The translations under genes and the position numbers were made by a program. A DNA stretch of 63,991 nucleotides, counting the filler, from Chiloscyllium plagiosum (Eukaryota): NCBI RefSeq assembly GCF_004010195.1. It is 5 parts of one record of this genome, joined end to end, with 100 filler letters (N's around TTAATTAATTAA, not from the genome) between each part and the next. Parts side by side here need not be neighbours in the genome. Positions count along the whole stretch, not along the records: positions 22,977 to 35,762 come from NC_057715.1; 4 more parts are not named here. The stretch is one strand, 5' to 3'. Positions 23,420 through 35,762 of the stretch are shown here, piece by piece (the stretch's first letter is position 1; each line of letters begins with the position of its first letter). The notes under the pieces are model-generated. The model had not been told where the DNA came from. It made no database searches and saw nothing but the letters and a program-made list of their open reading frames with translations.

Positions 23420-24345
23420 GATTAAACTCCATCTGCCATTTCTGTGCCCAAGTTGCCAATCTATTGTATCCTTTCATAATCATCGGCACCGTCAGAAACT
23501 CCACCAATCTTCATGTCATCTGAGAACTTACTAATCAGACCGTCCACATTTTCCACCAGATCATTTGTATATACTACAGAAGACCTAAGACTGATCCCTG
23601 TGGAACATGACTAGTTATTGGTCTCCATTCTGAAAAACATCTTTCCACCACTACCCTCTGTCTTCTTTGTCCAAGCCAGTTTTGTATCCATGTAGCCAGC
23701 TGATCCTGAATCCCATGCTGCCTCTCACTAACTAGTCCATTTTCTTCAAGATGTGCATATATCTTGTCCCTCAGTATCTTTCCCAAGAGCTCCCCCACAA
23801 TGATGTCAGACTCACCAGCCTATAATTTCCTGGATTATCCCTGTTTTCTTTCTTAAACAAAGGAAGAACACTGGCTAATCTCCAGTCCTCTGAAACCTCA
23901 CCTATGGTCAAAGAGGATGTGAAGATGTCTGGTCATGCCCCAGCTATTTCTTCTCTTGCCTCATGCATTAACCTGGGATAAAACCCATCTGGCCCTGGGG
24001 ACTTGTCTACCTTAATGCAATTCAGGATACACAAAACTTCCTCCTTCAATATATTGACATTCTCTAGAGTATTCACACACTCATTCCTGATCTCAACATT
24101 TAACCCAACAAGGGTGGTATGTGTATGGAATGAGCTGCCAGAGGAAATGATGGAGGCTAGTACAATTGCAACATTTAAAAGGCACCTGGATGGGTATATG
24201 AATAGGAAAGGTTTTGAGGGATATGGGCCATGTGCTGGCAGGGGGGATTAGTTAGGTTGGGATATCTGGTTGGCATGGACAAGTTGGACCAAAGGGTCTG
24301 TATCCGTGCTGTACATCTCTATGACTCTATGACTTTATGACTCTA
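23420..24345. mobile_element. CR1 fragments (minus RT about 23420-24100; plus 3' end about 24100-24345)
   Basis: VPQGSVLG on the minus strand; RVVCVWNELPEE..FKRHLDGYM and a (ctatga)n tail on the plus strand. Confidence 0.85.
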
Positions 24346-24584
24346 AGTCCACACTGACCCTCTGAATAGCATTCCATCCAGAGCTTTCTCTGTAACCCTG
24401 CATTTCCCATGGCTAACTTACATATCACTGAAAACTATGGGTAATTTAGCATGGCCAGTCCACCTAACTTGAACATCTTTGGGCTGTGTGAGGAAACCAG
24501 CGGAAACCTACATAGTCATGGGGAGAACGCGCAATCTCCACACAGACTGTCTATCAAAAGTGAATATCCATATTACTTTTTCAT

Positions 24585-25975
24585 TCCTGTGATGTGGGTA
24601 TCACTGGCTAGGCCAGGATTTATTGCCAATATCTAATTGCTCTAGATACACGGTGGTGAGCTGACTTCTTGAACCACCGTAGTTTGAGTATCAGCACACT
24701 CACCATGCTGTTTAAAAAGGGAATTCCAAGATTGTGATCCAAAAATAGTGAAGGAACTGCAGTTAATCAGAGGCTACAGGGAAATGGCGGCAAAGCAGAC
24801 ACAAGGAATATTAGATCGGTTATGATTCTATTGAATGGTTGAGCTGGCTCAAGGGGTTGAATGGCCTACTCCTCTTCCTATTTTATATGGTCCTATCATT
24901 GTAGTTGCCCAGGTGAGTATGGTGAGAGTTTGGAAGGGATCTTGGAGAGCTCCCTCGCATCTTCAGTCCTTGTCCTTCTCAGTGGTAGAGGTACGAAGTT
25001 TGGAAAGCGCTATACAAGAAGACTTAGTGGGTTACTGCAATGCCTCTTGTCCATGTTAGACACTGAACTGCTTTATCCTGGATAGTCCCAATCTTCTTGA
25101 ACGTTGTTGAAGCTGCACTCAATCAAGTGGAGAACATTCCATCACATGTTTGACTTGTGCCTTGCAGCAGGTGGGCAGGTGTTTGAGAGTTAGGAAAAGG
25201 AACTCATCAGAGAATTCCTAGCCTCTGATTTGCCCATGGAACTACAGTATTTACAGAGCTTGTCCGGTCCAGTTCTGGTCAACAGTGACATCCAGTATAT
25301 TGATAATGATCATATTCAGTGATGGTAATGCCATTGAACATGAAGGGGGGATAATTAGATTCCCTTTGCTGGAGTTGGTCTGCTTTGGACCTTGATTCAT
25401 GCAAATGCTTCCAGCCATTTATCAGCCAAATCTGACTGTAGTCTAGGTCTTGCTACATTTGGACACAGACTTCTTCAGTATGTAAGGAGTTGTGAATTAT
25501 GCTAAACATGGTGCAACCGTCGGTGAAAATCCCCAGTGTTGACTTTATGATGGAGAGAAAATTATTGATAACAGAGATGGTCAAACCTAAACACTATCCT
25601 GATGAATTCCTACAGTGATATCCTAGGACTGAGATAACTGACCTCTAGCAAGTGCAACCATGGTCTTTTATGCTTGACCTGACTTCAACAATAGAGTATT
25701 TGTCCCTGATTCCCATTGACTCTAGTTTAGCTTGGGTTCATTGATGCCCTTCCTTGATATCAAGAGCAGTCACTCTCACCTAACCACTGGAGTTCAACAT
25801 GGTTTTAAAATCTGCGTTCAAATAAAGGCTGCAGTGAAGTCATGAAGGCAAGAGTTGAGTGATCCTGGTGGAACAAAAACTGAGCATTACTGAGAAGATT
25901 ATCACTGAACAAGTGCTACTTAATAGCAATGTCAGTGACATTTTCCAATACTTTACTGATGATTGAGATGATGAT
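24585..25975 (-). mobile_element. Decayed 3' half of the same CR1/L2-group LINE family, including its tail
   Basis: Similar to 2050-2346, 6713-7221 and 8640-8960; tail gatgtgggtatcactggctaggccag at 24591. Confidence 0.7.
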
Positions 25976-26479
25976 TGGGACTGCCAAAGCTGTCAAAGAA
26001 CTGTCCAAACGAGGTAAGACATTTAGAAAATGCAGTGTTACGTACTTCTATATTAGTCATGATTTGGAGAGCGGTGCTCTGAAAGCTAGTGTGCTTCCAA
26101 TTAAACCTGTTGGACTATAACCTGGTATCATGTGATTTTTAACTTTGTATTTCTATATGACAGATTTCTGTTACTATCATTTTCACAATAGGATGTCTAT
26201 CAAGTGAATATTTTGATAGGCAGTTCCAACTGCTCATAGAAAGGAAATGTCTACTTATCTAAGAGATTAAACAATGAAGTGAAATGTATTGTTTATACAA
26301 GAGATTGGTTTCCGAAGTCAAATGTTTGTTTTAGAAACAAAAGCTAGGAGCAGAAGTAGGCTACTCAGCTCTTCAAGCATGCTTCAGTATTCAATATGAT
26401 CATGGTTACTCCTTTATCTCAAAATTCATACCCTTAACGCTTTTAATATCTAAATATTATATTGTGATTTTCATAAAGG

Positions 26480-26772
26480 ATTAGATTAGATTAGATTACT
26501 TACAGTGTGGAAACAGGCCCTTCGGCACAAAAAAGTCCACACCGACCCGCCAAAGCGCAACCCACCCAGACCCATTCCCTTACATTTACCCCTTCACCTA
26601 ACACTACGGGTAATTTAGCATGGCCAATTCACCTAACCTGCACATTTTTTTTTGGATTGTGGGAGGAAACCGGAGCACCCAGAGGAAACCCATGCAGACA
26701 CGGGGAGAATGTGCAAACTCCACACAGAGAGTCGCCTGAGGCGGGAATCTCTGGTGCTGTGAGGCAACAGTG
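26480..26772 (-). mobile_element. HE1/V-SINE
   Basis: (ttaga)n tail, V-domain and partial tRNA-like head. Confidence 0.88.
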
Positions 26773-27844
26773 AAGGAATTTCAATATTTTATTTTTGTAT
26801 CCAAGTGTATGTTTATTTTGAATATTTACATGATCAATTGACAGATAAGTTTATTTTCTTTTAATATGCTTCCTGAGGTATGCATTGGCTGGATAATAGG
26901 TGGATTCAGATGGTAAAGAAATGGCAAAAGGTATTGAGAGTGACAGTAGCAATTGATCACTGAATTAGAGTGAAACTTTATGTTTTAATTTTTATTTTTA
27001 AACTTCCAATCCAGCCCACACACCTCAGACTAAAAATGGGAAATATGGGTGGACATTTTCAAAGGTCAGGTTTGTGGAGCAGACATTTTTTCTGCCCTAC
27101 CCACCCAACCAGGAATCAAAACCCAGGGCCCTATTCTCAGATGCTCCTCAGGTCTTATCATTCAAGCACATGAATCATTATAAAAATTGGTGTTCCTAAC
27201 TTTCTAAGCCTTTGGGATGACAAAAATTATCTGTGATTTTTTTTCTTTTTTGTTGCTGCTGCTATCCTCTACTGAGAATTACATGAATTCCTCTGCATGC
27301 TTAAGTAAGGTTTGTGATACATTCCTAATGGCATGCGAATTGAAATTTGATACTTTTACAGTTTTTCTCTATTGGCCGTGGAAAGACTCTAGATAGTTCA
27401 AAAACTATTACAACTGTCAGCAAATCTGATAATGAATTGTACTCCTCATGTTGTGGAGTAATATACATTTATGTCAGCTATGTTTTGTCAGCAAGAAGAA
27501 TTTCAGCAAGCACTTCTGTTCAGAAAGTCGAATGCAGCTAGAGGGACACATTTTGCAGATGCAGCAGAGATATGTTTATGCATCCCTTTTTGATCATTTT
27601 TGTGCTCTGGGGTTCTATCTCCAATTTCTACTTCACCATTTCAAATAATAAATGGTGATCTCTTTAATTTGTTGCTGCTACCAAGAAAATATCTGAATTG
27701 GAAAATGAAGTTTAATATTTTAATCTTTATTTTTAATTGATTTGACCAGTACCAGTCCAACAGAAAATTGGATCCAGAGCGTCCTGTTCAGTTCTTCTAC
27801 TCAGTTTTATCAGCACACACAACTGTGACAGTCTTTCCTTTGTG

Positions 27845-28970
27845 TCACAAGGTCACCAGGTTCAAATATTGCACAAAATACAGAGGCATGGGATTGAGGG
27901 TACTTTAACGGTTTGGATCAGAAATTGGCTAGCTGAAAGAAGACAGAGGGTGGTGGTCGATGGGAAAGGTTCATTCTGGCATTCAGTTACTAGTGGTGTA
28001 CCGCAAGGATCTGTTTTGGGGCCACTGCTGTTTGTCATTGACCTGGATGAGGATGTAGAAGGATGGGTTAGCAAATTTGCGGGTGACACTTAGGTCTGTG
28101 GAGTTGTGGATAGTACTGAAGGATGTTGTAGGCTACAGCGGGACATTAAAAAGCTGCAGAGTTGGGCTGAGAGGTGGCAAATGGAGTTTAATGTGGAAAA
28201 GTGTGAGGTGATTCACTTTGGAAGGAGTAACAGGAATAAAGAGTACTGGACTAATGGTAAGATTCTTCCGAGTGTAGAAGAGCAGAGAAATCTCGGTGTC
28301 CATGTACATAGATCACTGAAAGTTGCCACCCAGGTTGATAGGATTGTTAAGAAGGCATATGGTGTGTTAGCTTTTATTGATAGAAGGATTGAGTTTTGGA
28401 GCCACTAGGTCATGCTGCAGCTGTACAAAACTCTGGTGCGGCCGCACTTGGAGCATTGCGTACAGTTCTGGTCACTGCATTATAGAAATGATGTGGAAAC
28501 TTTGGGAAGGGTTCAGAAGAGATTTATGAGGATATTTTCTCATATGGAGGGAAGGCTTTATGAGAAAAGGCTGAGGGACTTGAGGCTGTTTTTGTTAGAC
28601 AGAAGAAGGTTGAGAGGTGACTTAATTGAGACATATATGACAATCAGAGGGTTAGATAGGTTGGACAGTAAGAGCCTTTTTCCTCGGATGGTGACAGCTA
28701 GCAGGAGGGCATATAGATATAAATTGAAGGGTGCTAGATATAGGACAAATGTCAGAGGTAGTTTCTTTACTCAGCGAGTAGTAGGGGAGTAGAAAGCACT
28801 GCCTGCAATGGTAGTGGACTCGCCAAGTTTTAAGGGCATTTAAATGGTCATTGGATAAACATATGAAAATGGAATAGTGTAGGATAGATAGGCTTCAGAT
28901 TGGTTCCACAGGTCAGCACAGCATCGAGGGCTGAAGGGCCTGTACTGCACTATAATGTTCTATGTTCTAA
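27845..28970 (+). mobile_element. CR1 LINE 3' portion
   Basis: [21 protein letters not shown] and LVRPHLEHCVQFWS; (tgttcta)n tail. Confidence 0.92.
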
Positions 28971-29354
28971 GTATTGCTTGTGAGTCTTGAAGACCAAAAT
29001 CTAGGCTGAAACTAGACACTATGCAATACTGAGAGATAACTTCAATGGCAGAGATGTTCTCTCTTGGATGAGAAGTTAAACTGAATTTCCATCTATTCTT
29101 TCTAGTGAACAGAAACTATTTAATTTTCAGACTTCTACCACACTCAAATTCCACACATTTTTGAATGGCTTTGTTCTGGTTTTGGTGATTCAGGCCCTTT
29201 ACCAGAAGAAAATATTTCTTGCTATTTATGTTAAAGGGATTCTTTCTAAATTCAATCAACCTTAGTCAAACCGCTTATATTCTATACGAGCCTACTTTAT
29301 GTAATCTTCCCTCACAATCTAACCTTGGAATGTTTGGTCATAGTTTAAGGATAC

Positions 29355-31440
29355 ATAGAGCATAGAACATTACAGCACAGTACACGTTCTTTGACCCACA
29401 ATATTGTGTCAAGCTTTTACCCTACTCCAAGATCAGACTAACCTACATACCCTTTATTGTACTATCTTCCATGTACCTATCCAAGAGTCGCTTAAATATC
29501 CCTAATGTATCTGACTCTACAATCACTGCTGACAGTGCATTCCATTCACCCACCACTCTCTGAGTAAAGAACCTACCTCTGACATTTCCCCTAAACCTCC
29601 CTCGAATCACCTTAAAATTATGCCCCCTCATGATAGACATTTCCACCGTGGGAAAAAAGTCTCTGGCTATCTAATCTATTTATGACTCTCATCATCTTGC
29701 ACCTGCCATCCTTCTTTGCTCCAATGAGAAAAGCCTTAGCTCCTTTGAAGTTTCTCATTAGACAAGCCCTCCAGTCCAGGCAACATCCTGGTAAATCTCC
29801 TCTGCACCCTCTCCAAAGCTTCCACATCTTTCCTATAATGAGGCGACCAGAACCGAACCCAATATTCCAAATGTAGTCTAAGCAGGTCTCTATAGAGCTG
29901 CAGCATAAGCTCACAGCTCTTAAACTCAATTCCCCTGCTAATGAAAGCCAACACACCATACGCTTTCTTAACAACCCTATCAATTTGGGTGGCATCTTGG
30001 AGGAATCTGTGGATATGGACCCCAAGATCCCTTTGTTCCTCCACACTGTCAAGAATCCTGCCTTTAACCCTGTAATCTGCATTCAAATTTGACCATCCAA
30101 AGTGAACGACTTCACACTTTTTCAGGTTGAATTTCATCTGCCACTTATTAGCCCAGTTCTGCATCATGGCAATGTCCCATTGCAACCTACAACAACCCTC
30201 CACACTGTCCACAACTCCACCAACCTTCATGTCATCAGAAAATCTACTAACCCACCCTTCCACTTTCTCACCCAAGTCATTTATAGATATCACAAAGAGC
30301 AGAAGTCCCAGAGCCAATCCCTGTGAATACCTGCTAGTCATCAAGCTCCCGGCTGAAAATTTTCCATCTACCACCACCTTCTGTCTTCTATAGGCCAGCC
30401 AATTCAGTATCCAGACAGCTAGATTTTACAGTATCCCACGCCTCCTTACTTTCTGAATAAGCCTACCATAGGGAACATTATCAAATGTCTTGCTAAAATC
30501 CATATACACCACATCCACTGCTCTACCTTCATCAATGTGTTTTGTTGCATCCTCAAATAATTCAGTAAGGCTTGTGAGGCATGACTTGTCCCTCGAGGAG
30601 AAAGTGAGGTCTGCAGACGCTGGAGATCAAAGCTGAAACTTTATTGCTGGAACAGCACAGCAGGTCAGGCAGCATCTAGGGAACAGAAGATTCGACGTTT
30701 CGGGCACATGCCCTTCTTCAGTGACTTGTCCCTCACAAAGCCATGCTGACTATCTCTAATCAAATTATTGTTTTCCAAGTAATCATAAATCCTGTCTCTC
30801 AGAATCCTCTCCAATATTTTGCCCAGCACTACTGTAAGACTGACTGGTCAGTAATTTACAGGATTATTCATATTCCCTTTCTTATGCAAGGGAATAATAT
30901 TCCCTGCAATCATCTGGCACTACTCCAGTAGACAGTGAGGATAAAAATCATCGCCAAATGTGCAGCAATCTCTTCCCTCACTTCCTGTAGAAACCTAGGG
31001 CATATTCCATCTGACCCAGGGAACTTACCTATCCTCACATTTTTCAAACTTTTCAGCCCATCCTCCAGCCCATCAACCTATTCTAGCATATCAGTCTGTT
31101 CACACTGTCCTCACAAATGTCAAGGTCCATCTCAGTAGTGACTACTAAAGCAAAGTATTAATTAAAGACCTCCCTTACCTCCTCTGACTCCAGGCGCAAG
31201 TTCCCTCCACTATCCCTGATTGGTCTTACCCTGACTCTGGCCATCCTTTTTTTCCTCGTATAAGTGTAGAACACTTAGGGTTTTCCTTAATTCTACCCGC
31301 TAAAGCTTTCTCATGCCCCCTTTCTAGCTCTGCTAAGTCCATTCTTCCGTTCCTTCCTGGCCACCTTGTAACCCTCTAAAGCCTTGTCTGATCCTTGACA
31401 CCTTCACCTTAAGCAAGCTTCCTTCTTTCTCTTGAGTAGT
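29355..31440 (-). mobile_element. CR1 LINE ORF2, decayed
   Basis: RFSDDMKVGG, WQMKFNLKKCEVVHFG and FFTQRVVGEWNAL. Confidence 0.92.
30595..30721 (-). mobile_element. 127-bp Penelope family A tail insertion
   Basis: 13-bp TSD tgacttgtccctc (30582-30594 and 30722-30734); the 5' end falls at the hammerhead CTGAAGA. Confidence 0.85.
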
Positions 31441-31847
31441 TGTTCCACTTGTCTAGGTCACTTAGGACTGAGATGAGGAGAAATGTATTCAACCAGACAG
31501 TGGTTATCCTATGGAATTCTCTGCCACATTAAGTGGCTTAGGTCAAAACATTGAAAGTTTTCAAAAAGGAGCTTGATATTATTTTTCAGTCTAAATGAAT
31601 CAGAGAGTTTGGGAGAAAGCAGGAACAGGTACTAAGTTAGATGATCTGCCATGATCATACTGAATGGTGGAACAAACCGAAAAGGCTGAATGGCCTACAC
31701 CTGCTTCTAATTTCCATGTTTCTATGATAACATTTTGGTGAATGTTAACTTGCTGTGTGTCCCATTCTTTCCAAGTACAATATATTCTAAGATGCAGTGC
31801 CTAGAACTGTATAAAATACTTTAGATGTCTCTAACAAGGTTTGATTA

Positions 31848-32273
31848 AAAATCACACAACACCAGGTTATAGTCACACTAGCTTTTGGAGCGTCACTCCT
31901 TCATCAGGTAATAGGGGAGGGCTCAATCCTAACACACAGAATTTATAGCAAAGATTTAGTGTGATGTAACTGAAATTATACATTGAAAAATTGATTGTCT
32001 GTTGAATCTTTCATCTGTTTGAATACCATGATGGTTTCACTACTTTCATGTGTAAATCACAAAACCATTTTTTATAAAAGTTGCATTCTCAGGTTAGCTG
32101 GTAACAATGGGTGATAGCTAGACAATATGTTGAAGGTGTTAGCCCCCTGTGTTCTCTGTCTATGCAAAGATGTTTAGATTGATTCTAATCTAAAAAGTGG
32201 TGTTGTGTTTACCTGGTGTTGTGTGATTTTTAACTTTGTACACCCCAGTCCAACACCGGCATCTCCAAATCAC
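31848..32273. mobile_element. Penelope family C fold-back insertion
   Basis: Minus-oriented pLTR followed by a plus-oriented tail; 10-bp TSD ggtttgatta (31838-31847 and 32274-32283). Confidence 0.8.
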
Positions 32274-33305
32274 GGTTTGATTAGTTGCAGAAAAATCTCT
32301 TTTCCTTTCTTCATATTCTAGTTGTAAAGCCAAATATGCAATTTGAGTTATCGACTCACAACAGCACAAAAACGTACCACTCAGCCCATTTAAGTACATG
32401 TGCATATGATTAGGTTTAAATCTGATTGTTAGATTTTAAAAACTTGTATGCATGGCCCCTGAAATCTCTTTGGACCTCCACAAATCCTAGATTTTTATAA
32501 TTTGAATAACATTTGAAGCAAACCTTCTTTGGTTATTGCTTGCATTGGAATCCATTGAAAAGTGTTTCATTTCTGTTTTGATGTTTTCTTTCTCAAGTAG
32601 TTTGATCCAACCGTCAAAAGTGCTGAAATTTACAGGACAGTTTTGTTTTGAAGTGTATCTATCCCAAACAACCATCTTAGCTCAAAGAAATGCCCATGTG
32701 GTTTAGTTGTCACAGAGAGATAATCTTAAACAGAGACTTTTGAAGTGGGATATTTGTTTTAATACCTTTTGCTGTCTTAGAGAAAAAAAGGACAGCTTCT
32801 AGAGGATAGATAGAATCAAAGAAACTGCTACTGAAAAAAAGGAGAGGGAATTTCTTTTATGTTAACACTAAACAAAATCTGTTTTGAAATTTTGATTTCT
32901 GTTCAAAAACCGGATCAATAGAGGTGGGCTTTTGAAAGTTGAAGGAATAAAGAGTCGCTAATGTGTGCTTTGATGGCAATAAGTATATCTGTGAAACTTA
33001 AAGATGAGTGGAGTGGAAGAATTTTTAAAAACATCCCTTTTAGAATAAGATCCATCCTGGACGCCCAAAAATGTTTGAAAATAAGGGATGTTGCAGTAAT
33101 GACTGCCAGCTATGAGTTGACTCACAAGCATACTGGGAAGGTGCTTTTGTTTGGAATATCTCAGACAAACTGGAAATATGAACGGGTCTAGTCATAATGA
33201 GAAAAATGGGCAGTGGGAAGAAAAAGCCTTGCTGAGCATAATAAGTGAGATAGTCTAGAAGTTTATTTTAAAGAGGCTACGATGTTATCTATTTTATAAA
33301 AGAAA

Positions 33306-35325
33306 TTAAAAATCACACAACACCAGGCTATAGTCCTACAGGTTTATTTGAAAGCACTAGTTTTCAGGTAGTTGTGTAGCAGGACCATAAGGCACTGAAT
33401 TTATAGCAAAAGATTACAGTGTCATACAGCTGAAATTATATATTGAACAAACCTAGATTGCTGTTAAGTCTTTCATCTTTTAGAATGGGTTGCAGGTTTT
33501 GGTTCATTAATATGTAAATCCCAGAACTTCTTTTATGACACATTCTCGAGATAACTTAAGGTTTTATAAAAAAAATTAACATCTCATCTCAGACAATATA
33601 TTAAAGGTGTGAGGTTAGAGTCTATATATTCCAATCTTGAGTCAGACTGGTTCTATTTCTAAGGTAGGAATTTATAAAATGTTACATGGATTATCTGCCT
33701 GCATTGATTGCCTGCAGATTGTTGTTTTTTGAGCAAAATAGAATGTATCTGCAAATGCAAATTCACCCCATAGATCTGTGTGTGTGTGTGTATGTGTGAG
33801 TGAGAGAGACAGAGAGTGTGGGTGTGTGAATGCACGTGAGAGAGTGTGTATTTGCGTGTGTGCATGCTTGGTAAAGTGTGTGTGTGAGTATGATGGAGTA
33901 TAAGCCTGTGAGAGGGTGTGTGCATGGGTGTGAGAGTGGGGCGGGGGTGTGTGGATGTGTGTGTCTGTGTGAGAGGGAGCATGTGTATGATGCTCTGCGC
34001 GAGTGTGTGAGTTTGTAAGAGAGTGTGTGTGTGTGTTTGTGTGAGAGAGAGCATATAGTGGAGTGGGGTCACTGGTAGTATGACATGAACCTAAGGTTCC
34101 AGCTGAAGCCATCCACATGGGTTCTGAATGAATTTGCATTTGCAGAATTATATTTGCAGATGCCTTCTATTTTGCTCAAAAAGCGCACAATCTGCAGGCA
34201 GTCAATGCAGGCAGAGAAAGACCAAAGAACAAAGAAAATTACAGCACAGGAACAGGCCCTTCAGCTCTCCAAGCCTGCACCGATCCAAAGCCTCTATCTA
34301 AACCTGTCACCTATTTCCTAAGGATCTGTATCCCTTTGCTCCCTGCCTATTTTTGTATCTGTCTAGATATATCTTAAATGACGCTATCATGCCTGTGTCT
34401 ATCACCTCTGCTGGCAACTCGTTCCAGGCACCCATCACCCTCTGCGTGAAAAACTTTCCATGCATATCTTCCTTAAACTTTCTCTCTTTCACCTTGAACT
34501 TTTCACCCCTAGTAATTGAGTCCCGCACTCTGGGAAAAAGCTTCTTGCTATCCACCCTGCCTATACCTCTCATGATTTTGTAGCCCACAATCAGGTCTCT
34601 CCTCAACCTCCTTCTTTCCAATGAAAATAATCCCAATCTACTCAATGTCTCTTCATAGCTAGCGCCCTCCATACCAGGCAACATCATGGTGAACCGCCTC
34701 TGCATCCTCTTCAAAGCATCCACATCCTTTTGGTAACGTGGTGATCAGAACTTTACGCAGTATTCCAAATGTGACCAAACCAAACAACTGTAACATGACC
34801 TAGCAACTCTTGTACTCAATATCCTGGCCAGTAAATGAAAGCATGCCGTATACCTTCTTGACCACTATATCGACCTGCGTTACCACCTTCAGTGTACAAT
34901 TGACCTGAACCAGCTCAGTCAATCCATATAACATTTTATAAATTCCTACCTTGGAAATAGAACCAGTCTGACTTAAGATTGGGATACAGACCGACTCTAA
35001 CTTCACACCTTTAATGCATTGTCTGAGCTGAGATGTCACCTTTTTTTATAAAACCTTAAGTTATCTCGACAATGTGACTTAAAAGAAGTTCTGGGATTTA
35101 CATATTAATGAACCTAAACCTGCAACCCATTCTAAAAGATAAAAAACTAAACAGCGATCTAGGTTTGTTCAATATATAATTTCAGCTGTATGACACTGCA
35201 CTCCTTTGCTATAAATTCTGTGTCTTACAATCCTGCTCCACAACCACCTGATGAAGGAGCAACATTCCGAAAACTGATGCTTCCAAATAAACCTGTTGTA
35301 CTTTAACCTGGTGTTCTGATTTTTA
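33306..35325. mobile_element. Inverted Penelope family C pair with a nested CR1 (about 34215-34910, minus)
   Basis: 33306-33765 is the diverged reverse complement of 34126-34213 plus 34918-35325; CR1 peptide RRRLRRDLIVGYKI lies between them. Confidence 0.8.
33776..34055. repeat. Degenerate (GT)n/(GA)n microsatellite within the Penelope family C 3' region
   Basis: Direct inspection. Confidence 0.9.
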
Positions 35326-35762
35326 TAAGACCATAAGACATAGGAGCGGAAGTAAGGCCATTCGGCCCATCGAGTCCACTCCGCCATTCAATCATGGCTG
35401 ATGGGCATTTCAACTCCACTTACCCGCATTCTCCCCGTAGCCCTTACTTCCTTGTGATATCAAGAATTTATCAATTTCTGCCTTGAAGACATTTAGCGTC
35501 CCAGCCTCCACTGCACTCTGTGGCAATGAATTCCACAGGCCCACCACTCTCTGGCTGAAGAAATGTCTCCACATTTCTGTTCTGAATTAACCTCTTTAAT
35601 TTTAAGGCTGTGTCCACGGGTCCTAGTCTCCTCGCCTAACGGAAACAATTTCCTAGCGTCCACCCTCACCAAGCCATGTATTATCTTGTAAGTTTCTATT
35701 AGATCTCCCCTTAAACTTTTAAACTCCAATGAATACAATCCCAGGATCCTCAGCCATTCCTC
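35326..35762 (-). mobile_element. CR1 3' end
   Basis: LRGDLIETYKIIHGL; close to 14017-14530; ends at an assembly gap. Confidence 0.9.

Noticed and set aside
33659..34139. His/Thr-rich ORFs
   Set aside because: Translations of a (CA)n-type microsatellite.
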